From NCBI GenBank assembly GCA_965224705.1, contig OZ245056.1:640001-704000 (forward strand): DNA of 64,000 nt, read 5' to 3'. This stretch comes from Spirochaetaceae bacterium (GTDB lineage Bacteria; Spirochaetota; Spirochaetia; DSM-2461). Under the pieces are notes generated by a model. It was not told where the DNA came from, ran no database searches, and worked only from the letters and a program-made list of their open reading frames with translations. Both the position numbers and the translations under genes were made by a program. Shown here piece by piece: positions 53,317 through 62,301 of the stretch (position 1 is its first letter; each line of letters opens with the position of its first letter).

Positions 53317-54111
53317 CTACTGAGCAGTAGTAATCTCATCCGATATCGGTGAGAGTGCACCATTTCCAGCAACACTGACTGCTACCACATAGATTTTATA
53401 AGCTGTACCAGGGGCCAAACCATCAATAGTTGCCGTTGTTTCTGCAGCATCAGCAGTTGGTGTTACACCGTCCTCAATGATTCGATTTGACCATTGCAGT
53501 GCCGCAGCAGTATTTGCCGGTTCATTAGTAGCTACAGAAGCTGAAGTAACAGCAATTATCTTATAGGAGGTAATCGCATCCGCTTCTAACATGTCACCAC
53601 CAGAAGCACCAAAACCCTCAGTAAGATGCTTAAATGTAACCTTTACTTCATTAGCAGCATTATCACCGGCAGCAACTGTTGCTTTTTCCGCAATCGCTCC
53701 TGGAGCGGCATCAGTTTGATAAGGGTATCCGCTCGCCTCTTCTGAAATATCACTTCCACCGGATGCACTGGCTGCCCTGATTTTAAAGAAATACTTTACA
53801 CCGGTCTTAAAGTTTGCTACGTCAAAAGTTGCTTTTGTCGCAGAACCATCTTCTACGAGCTCCATGCCTATGGTTGGTGTTTCTATAGAAAAACCTTCAG
53901 TATCGTCATAAAAAATGAGGTAGCCGCTGATTCCATCAAATGACGTTGGGGCTGTCCAGACTACTTTGACCTCTCTCTCTTTGGTTCCCTTCCCTACTGA
54001 TACAATGGATGGTGCCGTTGATGGCGCCGTCCCTGTTGGACAGCCTGTCAATGCAACAATTGATATCACAACGAGGGATGCAATCGCTATTCGATACAAT
54101 GTCTTTTTCAT
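53317..54111 (-). CDS. Lipoprotein with two fibronectin type III-like domains
   Basis: TAAGGAG RBS, lipobox ALTG-C, and FN3 patterns WTAP...GY.I.Y, YFFKIRA and IDGLAPGTAYKIYVVAVS. Confidence 0.85.
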   Translation of the reverse strand: MKKTLYRIAIASLVVISIVALTGCPTGTAPSTAPSIVSVGKGTKEREVKVVWTAPTSFDGISGYLIFYDDTEGFSIETPTIGMELVEDGSATKATFDVANFKTGVKYFFKIRAASASGGSDISEEASGYPYQTDAAPGAIAEKATVAAGDNAANEVKVTFKHLTEGFGASGGDMLEADAITSYKIIAVTSASVATNEPANTAAALQWSNRIIEDGVTPTADAAETTATIDGLAPGTAYKIYVVAVSVAGNGALSPISDEITTAQ

Positions 54112-54226
54112 ATTTTCTCCTTAAGATTCATGAATTTTCAAGTTCTCACTCTTATGAACTTTGAAGCCAATGCTACAAAACGCCTTTTATTCTGTCAACA
54201 AAAAAGGCGGTGATCAGGATGGCTGT

Positions 54227-54775
54227 TTAATCATTCCGGGTGTAGAAAATCAGCCGCGATTGCCCATATCGTCTCTTATCACAGAATTCCAACTCAGTGA
54301 AGCGGCAAGGAAGTGTATCCTTAAAGGGATAATGGAGAACGAGGACTCCTCCTTTTGCCGGTTGGTCGGCCTTTTCTGCCAGTTCCAGAAGCCTCTCCTT
54401 CTTCTTCATTGCAAAGGGGGGATCTAAAAACACCAGATCAAACCTTTCCATGCCCTCCCTGAGAAAACTCTCGACTGACTGTATTCTTAGCATACTCCGT
54501 GCCTGGCGCGAATCTTCAGCGGCGATTTCAAGATTTTTTAGTATCACTGATCGTTTTTTTCCATCTTTTTCTACAAGAAGGGCTTTTTTCGCACCCCGGC
54601 TCAGTGCCTCAAGGGCCATGATTCCCGATCCGGCAAATAAATCCAGAAATGAAAGACCATGAATATCCCCCAGTATGGAAAACAGGGACTCCCGCATTCG
54701 ATCCATGGCGGGACGAATTATACCCGAAGGACAGGCTGCAATTCTTCCTCTATAACGGCCGCCCGTAATTCTCAA
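54227..54775 (-). CDS. rsmD: 16S rRNA m2G966 methyltransferase
   Basis: RITGG, LDLFAGSG and FLDPPF motifs. Confidence 0.93.
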   Translation of the reverse strand: MRITGGRYRGRIAACPSGIIRPAMDRMRESLFSILGDIHGLSFLDLFAGSGIMALEALSRGAKKALLVEKDGKKRSVILKNLEIAAEDSRQARSMLRIQSVESFLREGMERFDLVFLDPPFAMKKKERLLELAEKADQPAKGGVLVLHYPFKDTLPCRFTELEFCDKRRYGQSRLIFYTRND

Positions 54776-56847
54776 AGGGTACTCAACAGGTTTTCATCGA
54801 ATGGGGGATATTTCTCAAAGAGTTCTCTGAAATCTCCATGTCTCTCCTCCTTGAGTTCCGGATCCTCCCTGAGAACGGCCCGGGCATCTTTCCGGGCATC
54901 CAGAAGGACTTGCAGATCCCGAACTGGATCAGCAATGGCCAATCGTAGAAAACCCGATTGCCGCACACCAGCCATGTCGCCGGGTCCGCGGATCTTGAGA
55001 TCTTCCTCAGCAAGGATGAAACCATCGCTGATCTTCTTCATCGTCATCAATCTGGCCTTGCCCTCCATAGTAAGCGGTTCGCTGTACACAAGGAAGCAGT
55101 AGGACGGCCTGTTTCCCCGCCCTACCCTGCCCCGAAGCTGGTGGAGTGCCGAAAGGCCGAAGCATTCCGCATGCTCAACAACCATACATGTCGCCTCAGC
55201 AACATCCACACCCACCTCCACAACACTGGTTGCCGCAATATAATCCAGAAGCCCGTCCCGGAAATCAGTCATAATTCCTTTTTTTTCATCTTCATCGATA
55301 CGGGAATGTATGATAGCTCCCTTGAATTCAGGAAAAATCTGTGTTTTTAAGTGATCGAACATGTTTTCCGCATCCTTGAGATTCGTTTTCTCCGATTCTT
55401 CAATCAGTGGATACACAAAATAGGCACGATTTCCGGCAGCAAGTTCCCGGCGGACAAATTCATACACCTTCGTTTCATTCCCAATCCGGGCTAAATGGGT
55501 TTCTATGGGGAATCTGCCTCCGGGCATGGTTCTAATACTGCTCACATCCATATCACCGAAGGCGGTCAGGGTCAGTGTTCGGGGAATGGGTGTGGCCGAC
55601 ATGGCCAGTATATCTGGAGATTGACCCTTCTCCGCCAGGGCACGGCGCTGTCCGACGCCGAATCGCTGCTGCTCGTCAATGATGACCAGAGCCAGGTCCT
55701 TGAATACAACTCCAGAACTGAAAAGGGCATGCGTACCGATAACTAGATCAATTTCCCCGGCAGCCAGAGCATCAGTGAGGGAACGCCTTGAAGAAGCGTT
55801 AAGCTCTCCTGCCAGAAATGCGGATCGCACGCCCAGCGGCTGCATGAGGCGGGCAGCATTGTCGGCATGCTGTCTGGCCAACAGTTCCGTTGGTGCCATG
55901 AATGCCGCCTGACGGCCTTCTCCGATAACACCCAGACTGGCAGTGAAAGCCACCAGTGTTTTCCCTGAGCCAACTTCACCCTGAAGCAGCCGGAGCATGG
56001 GGCCAGGACGTTTGAAGTCCTCGATAATGTCTTTTATTGCATTTTCCTGATCGGTGGTAAGAGAAAAGGGAAGGGTTTTCCTGAACCTGTCAGGCAAATC
56101 CTCATTCCAGGGGCGGGGAGTGGACGGGAAATCATTCGATGAAATGTGCCGCCTGGCAACAGCTATTTGAAGATGAAACAGCTCTTCATAGATAAGAGCA
56201 TTGCGGGCGCGGGACGCTTCCTCCATCGTTGCCGGAAAGTGGACATCCCTGACGTATTCAGCTTTGCCCTTGAATTTTTTCGCATGGATTATTTCCGGCG
56301 GGAGTTCATTACGGAGATTGAATGCGTATCGTGCTATGACAGATTTTAAAACCTTTCTCATGAGTCCCTGAGTCAGATTGCCCCCAAGTCGATAGACGGG
56401 CTGAATCAGGTTGAATTCCTTCGAGAGAGCCTTCATTGCAAGATCTTCAAAAACAAATGATCCGGATTGAATCTCACCATATTTGTTACGCATAAATGGC
56501 CCTGTAACTCGGATCATTGTGCCGGGAGGTAGTTTTCTTGCCAGATAATTCCTTCCGTAACAAAGCATTGATGCTGTTTCTGATTCATCTCTAATGAGAA
56601 TCTTAAGTGCCAGTCCATTTTTCCAGTGGAACATATCATGGGAAATCACCTCGGCAACAGTCACAGCAGGTTTCTGAGTGGAAGACTGAGCCAGAGATAC
56701 AGGAGTGATTCGATCAATGTAGCGGACTGGATAATGCCGGATGAGCTGGGCAATATTGAAGATACCCAGTTTACCGAGACTCTGGACAGATGCCGATCCA
56801 ATGCCTTCAAGATCAGATACTGGAAAGGTTAATTCTCCGGAAAACAA
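54772..56847 (-). CDS. recG: ATP-dependent DNA helicase RecG
   Basis: QGEVGSGKT, DEQQRFGV, SATPIPRT and HQLRGRVGR motifs. Confidence 0.95.
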   Translation of the reverse strand: MFSGELTFPVSDLEGIGSASVQSLGKLGIFNIAQLIRHYPVRYIDRITPVSLAQSSTQKPAVTVAEVISHDMFHWKNGLALKILIRDESETASMLCYGRNYLARKLPPGTMIRVTGPFMRNKYGEIQSGSFVFEDLAMKALSKEFNLIQPVYRLGGNLTQGLMRKVLKSVIARYAFNLRNELPPEIIHAKKFKGKAEYVRDVHFPATMEEASRARNALIYEELFHLQIAVARRHISSNDFPSTPRPWNEDLPDRFRKTLPFSLTTDQENAIKDIIEDFKRPGPMLRLLQGEVGSGKTLVAFTASLGVIGEGRQAAFMAPTELLARQHADNAARLMQPLGVRSAFLAGELNASSRRSLTDALAAGEIDLVIGTHALFSSGVVFKDLALVIIDEQQRFGVGQRRALAEKGQSPDILAMSATPIPRTLTLTAFGDMDVSSIRTMPGGRFPIETHLARIGNETKVYEFVRRELAAGNRAYFVYPLIEESEKTNLKDAENMFDHLKTQIFPEFKGAIIHSRIDEDEKKGIMTDFRDGLLDYIAATSVVEVGVDVAEATCMVVEHAECFGLSALHQLRGRVGRGNRPSYCFLVYSEPLTMEGKARLMTMKKISDGFILAEEDLKIRGPGDMAGVRQSGFLRLAIADPVRDLQVLLDARKDARAVLREDPELKEERHGDFRELFEKYPPFDENLLSTL

Positions 56848-56854
56848 TTTCTTG

Positions 56855-57448
56855 TCAGAGCTGCATCAGCAGCGGATAAACAAACCGGTTTAAGAGTTGA
56901 TCAATTAGAATTCTGGCTCCAATCAAACTCACAGCACTGACAGCCAGGGCGATTGGGTAAGTAACAGTGCGTTTTGTAAATAGACCGACAATCTTTGAAA
57001 CCTGCGGAAACAGGAAGGTATCCAATCGGGTTGTCCAGTTTGAGTGTTCTTTCTTTATATATAAAAAAACAAGGCGGATTATCATTATGATACCAAGCAG
57101 GGTAGCAAGAAAGGCAATCAATCCCCAGATCAACTGGACAGCTATGACGATCAGTTCACCCGCACCGGGTAATCCGCCAGCGGAAAGCCGCTGCGTTATG
57201 TAGAGGAGGAAACTCAGCAATGCGAGTCCCAGCACGGGGGAGAAATCAAACATGCCGAATCTTAGCCAGGATATTCCCTTGAATCGGCTCATGTAGGGAT
57301 CCGTCATCCTGTTGATGAAGGCCCGAATCGGCATTGTTCCTCCGGAACTGTCAGGTATCCAGCTCAAAACGACACGGATCATGATCAATAGAAAGTACAA
57401 CATGAGAAATGCACTTAGAATGCGCATGGATAATTGAAAAAAATCCAC
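56855..57448 (-). CDS. yggT: YggT-family membrane protein
   Basis: IRVVLSW...TDPY...DFSPV pattern; GTG start. Confidence 0.85.
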   Translation of the reverse strand: MDFFQLSMRILSAFLMLYFLLIMIRVVLSWIPDSSGGTMPIRAFINRMTDPYMSRFKGISWLRFGMFDFSPVLGLALLSFLLYITQRLSAGGLPGAGELIVIAVQLIWGLIAFLATLLGIIMIIRLVFLYIKKEHSNWTTRLDTFLFPQVSKIVGLFTKRTVTYPIALAVSAVSLIGARILIDQLLNRFVYPLLMQL

Positions 57449-57454
57449 TCTGAA

Positions 57455-60400
57455 TTACTCCTTCCATGCTGCGGCAACAGCACTGTTATTCTGAATCTGC
57501 TCAAGGCTTGAGTCGTCCACAGCCAGTGTGAGATGTTTCGATGCCTTAACTATTCTCCGCCCGCCGTTCTCCGGTACATGCAGGTATAACTGTCCCGGAC
57601 CCGGAAAATCCTGTATGAACGTCCGAAAATCAATCAGGGTTTCCTCACTGCAGCTCATATCGGCCAGTTCTACATGTATATCGGGAAAATCGGCCGCTTT
57701 GAGTTTTTCAGGCTTCATTACTTCGGCTACCTTTATACTGGGATTACTGCTGTTATTATCCACACAACCAATAATGCCGACAACGGTATCCTCTACCAGA
57801 AGAGACTCATAGTCTTTCAGTGTTTTGCTGAAAACAACAAGTTTTACAGTTCCATTGTAATCATCAAGCTCTGCTGCAGCCATTTTTTGTTTTCTTCGTG
57901 TGTACGAAAAGCGGACATTTCGCAGCAGCCCCAGGATTGTATAAGTCTTTGAATTCAGTGCTGAATCAAATCGGCTGAGATTCAGATTAACGGCCTTTTC
58001 CCAGACCTTCCGGTATGGATCCAGAGGATGCCCGGAGACATAGAGTCCCAGTGTCTCTTTTTCCCGGGCAAGAAGTTCACTGGAAGACCATGCCTCAACT
58101 TTTTCATATTGAAAACTCGCTTCCATATTATCATCCATATCATCAAAGAGGGATCCCTGTCCCAGCTGATCGTTTTTTCTTTTTCTCGACACTATTTCCA
58201 GCATTCTATCGACATTGTGAAGCAGGGTTGCTCTATTGTGCTTTTCGATGGGATCAAATAATCCAGAGAGGATGCTGGCCTCCAGTACTTTTCGGTTGAG
58301 TGCTTTCGAATCCACTTTCTCAAGGAAGTCGGCCAGGCTTAAAAATCTGCCTTTCGTCTCTCTGGCCTCAATAATGGCTCTAACCGATGCTTCACCCATG
58401 CCCTTAATGCCTTTTAATCCATAGATTATCTGATCATTGGATACAGTGAAAATCACTTCTGACCGATTCACATCGGGTGCCAGAAGTTTGATGCCGTCAG
58501 CTCTCGCATAATTCAGATACAGTTTTAAAGAATCCGCATCGTTTATCTCATTTGTAAGGTTGGCAGCCCAGAATTCAGCGGGAAAGTTGATCTTGCAGTA
58601 CGCTGTTTTGTAGGCAATTATTGAATAGGCGGCAGCATGGGACTTGTTGAATCCATAGTCTGCGAATGGTTCAAGTATCTCAAATATGCGCCTGGCCAGT
58701 TCAACTGAATAGCCTTTTTTTACAGCACCTTCAAGGAACTCTGATTTCAGTTTTGGCATTTCTTCTTTTTTCTTCTTACTCATCGCATTGCGGAGGATGT
58801 CTGCTTTTCCAAGACTGAAACCAGCAATGATCTGTGCAACCTTCATCACCTGTTCCTGGTAAACAATAACTCCGTAAGTAGGTTCAAGGATCTGTTTCAG
58901 GTCGGGATGAGGGTAGACAATCGTATTGCGGTTTCGCTTGGCAGCAGTGTATCGGGGGATGTTCTTCAAGGGACCTGGCCGATAGAGGGCATTCAAAGCA
59001 ATAAGGTCTTCTATACTCGATGGTTTGGCATCTCTTAGAACTCGCTGCATTCCCTGGCTTTCAAACTGAAAAATGGCCTCGCTATGCCCCTTGCTCAGCA
59101 TGGTGAACGTTTTTTCATCGTTTTCCGGAATCTGATCGAGATCAAAATCCGGTATCTTCTTCCGAATAAGCAGTTCACAATTCTTGAGCAAAGTCAGTGT
59201 TTTCAATCCAAGGAAATCCATTTTAACCAGGCCGCACTGCTCAATGATATCCATTGTATAAGCGGAGTTTACATCCCCTGTTTTAGAATCCTTATGAATG
59301 GGGACATAGTCCGTCAGGATCGACTGCCCGATAACCTGACCGCAGGCGTGGGTGGAGACATGCCTGTTCATACCTTCCAGGATTGAAGAGATTTTGAAAA
59401 GTTCTTCATAGACGCCGCCTCGTTCCCTGTATTTTTTCAGCTCAGGTGCTAGATCCAGTGCCCAACTGACGGACATTTTTTTCTTCTCGCCTCCAGGTAC
59501 ATTGTACTCGGCAGGGATTGGAGGAACGAGTTTGGAAATAGCATTGGCTTCATTAAATGGGATATCAAGTACCCGGGCCACATCTTTAAGAACGGCTCTG
59601 GTTTTCAGGGTTCCAAAGGTGCAGATTCCTGCGACATTGTCTCTGCCGTATTTGCTGTGAACATATTCGATAACTTCGTTTCGCCGTTCAAAGCAGAAAT
59701 CAATGTCAAAGTCCGGCATGCTGATTCGTTCAGGATTGAGGAATCGTTCAAAGAGGAGTCCGTATTTCAGCGGATCGATATCTGTGATTCTCAGGGAATA
59801 GGCAACAATACTTCCAGCTCCGGAACCACGCCCCGGTCCAACAGGGATGTCATGCTTTCTGGCCCAGTCAATGAAATCCCAGACGATGAGGAAGTAACCG
59901 GAATATCCCATATCGATAATCACCTTGAGTTCATAATCCAGTCTATCTTTTATTTTTTTCCACTCATCGGAATTCCTGTTCTCTGCATGGATTTCCGGAT
60001 AGCGCTCCTTAAGACCAGTTTCAGCGAGGTGCCTGAGACAGGATTCCGGACTGGAGTATTCCTTCGGTATATCATAGTGAGGAAGCAGGGGACCTGGTTT
60101 TGGAATTGTGAGATCACATTTCTCAGCCAGTTTCACTGTATTCTCAATCGCATCGGGAAAATCCGGGAAAAGATCCCTCATCTCCTCCTCTGTTTTGAAG
60201 TAGAATTCTGGATTCTCTGCCTTTAAACGTTTTTCTTCACTTTGTTTCTTTCCCGTAGCGATACAGATGAAAACATCGTGGGCATTGGCATGATCCCGGT
60301 TTAGAAAGTGAACATCGTTGGTGGCAATTATGGGAATGTCCGTTTCCTGGCTGAGACGGCGCATACCCTTTCGTACAATTTCCTCCTCTTCTATTCCATG

Positions 60401-60928
60401 GTTCATCACTTCCAGCCAGAAATTTCCCTCCCCGAAGAGGTCTCGATAATACAGGGATCTGGACTTTGCTTTTTCCCAGTCGCCATTGAATACAGCCCGG
60501 GGTATCTCTCCGCTGAGACAGGCAGCCGACGCCATCAATCCTTCATGGTGCAATTCAAGCAGTTCATCATCAATGCGCGGACGGTAAAAAAAACCCTCCA
60601 GGAACCCTTTTGAAGTGAGCAGCATGAGGTTGCGGTATCCCTCTTCGTTCTTTGCGTACAGTACAAGGTGATGATTCTTCGGACCGCTGCCCGGTCTGGC
60701 GAATCGGCTTCCGACAGCAACGTACACTTCACATCCGATCACAGGATTCAGTCCCTTTGCCCGACATTCCCTTTCAAAATGTATGGCTCCAGACATGTTG
60801 CCATGGTCGGTAAGAGCAACATGTTGCATACCCAGTTCCGAGGCTCTTTGAGCATAATCCCTGATGCGGCATGCTCCATCCAGCAATGAGTAATCCGAAT
60901 GATTGTGAAGGTGGACAAATCCGCTCAT
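57455..60928 (-). CDS. dnaE: DNA polymerase III alpha subunit
   Basis: HLHNHSDYSLLDG, GPGRGSGAGS, PDFDID and FNKSH; no intein seen. Start moved to MSGFV. Confidence 0.97.
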   Translation of the reverse strand: MSGFVHLHNHSDYSLLDGACRIRDYAQRASELGMQHVALTDHGNMSGAIHFERECRAKGLNPVIGCEVYVAVGSRFARPGSGPKNHHLVLYAKNEEGYRNLMLLTSKGFLEGFFYRPRIDDELLELHHEGLMASAACLSGEIPRAVFNGDWEKAKSRSLYYRDLFGEGNFWLEVMNHGIEEEEIVRKGMRRLSQETDIPIIATNDVHFLNRDHANAHDVFICIATGKKQSEEKRLKAENPEFYFKTEEEMRDLFPDFPDAIENTVKLAEKCDLTIPKPGPLLPHYDIPKEYSSPESCLRHLAETGLKERYPEIHAENRNSDEWKKIKDRLDYELKVIIDMGYSGYFLIVWDFIDWARKHDIPVGPGRGSGAGSIVAYSLRITDIDPLKYGLLFERFLNPERISMPDFDIDFCFERRNEVIEYVHSKYGRDNVAGICTFGTLKTRAVLKDVARVLDIPFNEANAISKLVPPIPAEYNVPGGEKKKMSVSWALDLAPELKKYRERGGVYEELFKISSILEGMNRHVSTHACGQVIGQSILTDYVPIHKDSKTGDVNSAYTMDIIEQCGLVKMDFLGLKTLTLLKNCELLIRKKIPDFDLDQIPENDEKTFTMLSKGHSEAIFQFESQGMQRVLRDAKPSSIEDLIALNALYRPGPLKNIPRYTAAKRNRNTIVYPHPDLKQILEPTYGVIVYQEQVMKVAQIIAGFSLGKADILRNAMSKKKKEEMPKLKSEFLEGAVKKGYSVELARRIFEILEPFADYGFNKSHAAAYSIIAYKTAYCKINFPAEFWAANLTNEINDADSLKLYLNYARADGIKLLAPDVNRSEVIFTVSNDQIIYGLKGIKGMGEASVRAIIEARETKGRFLSLADFLEKVDSKALNRKVLEASILSGLFDPIEKHNRATLLHNVDRMLEIVSRKRKNDQLGQGSLFDDMDDNMEASFQYEKVEAWSSSELLAREKETLGLYVSGHPLDPYRKVWEKAVNLNLSRFDSALNSKTYTILGLLRNVRFSYTRRKQKMAAAELDDYNGTVKLVVFSKTLKDYESLLVEDTVVGIIGCVDNNSSNPSIKVAEVMKPEKLKAADFPDIHVELADMSCSEETLIDFRTFIQDFPGPGQLYLHVPENGGRRIVKASKHLTLAVDDSSLEQIQNNSAVAAAWKE

Positions 60929-60977
60929 GGAACCCTCCCCATACAATGATAAGCAAGGAATGAAAGTCTGTCACCCA

Positions 60978-61832
60978 TTATTGAGAAGCTCTGGAGAAGA
61001 ATCCTTGAACAAGTTCCAGAGTGGTCTTCCTGTCATAGGGAAAACGATCCTGAAAGAGACTCATTCGGTTCAATGCCTCATTGAGGTTCTGTCTATCCTT
61101 ATCGGTGAAGGGAAGGGTGCGTCCCACCATGGCCGCTTCCAGTTCCAGATCATACTGGATGCCGATTTCTTCGTTGAATACGGCCATTCGAAACTCTGTG
61201 ACGATGCCATTGTCAACACGGGCAAGGGCACAGAAGATAAAAAACCTTTCTTCATCGGTACCGGGCTGGATTTTTACATATTTTCCAATGTTCCATGGAC
61301 TGGTTGGAATACTGATTCGGGTGATAAGCCCTTCACGATGCAGATTGCTGGTGATGTGATGAATACCTGCCAGAGGAATTTTCTGACTCCTCGGACTTGA
61401 TTCAATACGATGAAATATTTTCCGCTGAGACCGGATTTCAACTTTGGCATCCAGAATTCTCAGTAAGGGGAGAAGGTCACCTGACTTCCCTTTCTGGGCG
61501 AGATGTCCCCCGATGGTGGCTTGAGAACGGATGGGCAGCACCGCTATTCTGCCGATGGCATCCTGTAATATGGGAATAGGAAGCTTATGCCCAATCTCTG
61601 CGAGTCGATCCAGTGTTGTCATGGCTCCAATTTCAAGGGAATGTTCGGTACGGATTGCCCGGTGCAGCTCTTCAATGCCTGAAAGCACAATCAATGCTTC
61701 CGGAGCCTTCCTTGAATGAAACGTTGTACCTCCAGCCCAGTATTCCGCATCGGGGTTTCTGGCGGCCATTCCCAGAGCTTCACTGATCGTTTGAGGAAAG
61801 CTCAGAAGGGGAGTTTTTCTATCAGCCTGCAC
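60978..61832 (-). CDS. Xanthine/CO dehydrogenase-family FAD-binding subunit
   Basis: AGGT, IGA and IRSQATIGG motifs. Confidence 0.8.
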   Translation of the reverse strand: MQADRKTPLLSFPQTISEALGMAARNPDAEYWAGGTTFHSRKAPEALIVLSGIEELHRAIRTEHSLEIGAMTTLDRLAEIGHKLPIPILQDAIGRIAVLPIRSQATIGGHLAQKGKSGDLLPLLRILDAKVEIRSQRKIFHRIESSPRSQKIPLAGIHHITSNLHREGLITRISIPTSPWNIGKYVKIQPGTDEERFFIFCALARVDNGIVTEFRMAVFNEEIGIQYDLELEAAMVGRTLPFTDKDRQNLNEALNRMSLFQDRFPYDRKTTLELVQGFFSRASQ

Positions 61833-62301
61833 TTAATCTCCTCTTGCGTTTCTCTGCGGAAAGTCTCATCGCACGGAGAATCCGCGGAGTTGCTGTACAA
61901 TCACATGCAGTGGATGTCAATGCCTCCAGGATCTCTTCCGTGGAGGGATGGAGGGTGTGCCGCAGCAGGGATTCTGTCGCAATAGCTCGTGCCGGGGCAC
62001 AATTGCTGCACAGCAGGGCATTGCTTTCCTTGAATCCGGCAAGAATGTCATTAAAGCCTTCCCGGGCTGCAATTCCTTCTATCGTCCAGACATCCCTGGA
62101 CTGTAAATCAAAGATCGGGCGAATGCAGGCAAGATTTGGTCGGTTGTCAACCAGTATGAAACAGGAACCCCACTGCATACGACGGCATTGGGATCGCAGG
62201 GAATAACAGTTGTATTCATCAGTCAGCACTTCAATACACAGCCGATGAGGATCAACATCTTTGCTGACGGAGCGTCCATTGAGATGGAAGGAAACTATCA
62301 T
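61822..62301 (-). CDS. Xanthine/CO dehydrogenase-family 2Fe-2S subunit (one Cys replaced by Trp)
   Basis: FHLNG, CRRMQWGSC...AC, TIEG, CSNC and CDC. Start moved to MIVSF. Confidence 0.78.
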   Translation of the reverse strand: MIVSFHLNGRSVSKDVDPHRLCIEVLTDEYNCYSLRSQCRRMQWGSCFILVDNRPNLACIRPIFDLQSRDVWTIEGIAAREGFNDILAGFKESNALLCSNCAPARAIATESLLRHTLHPSTEEILEALTSTACDCTATPRILRAMRLSAEKRKRRLSAG

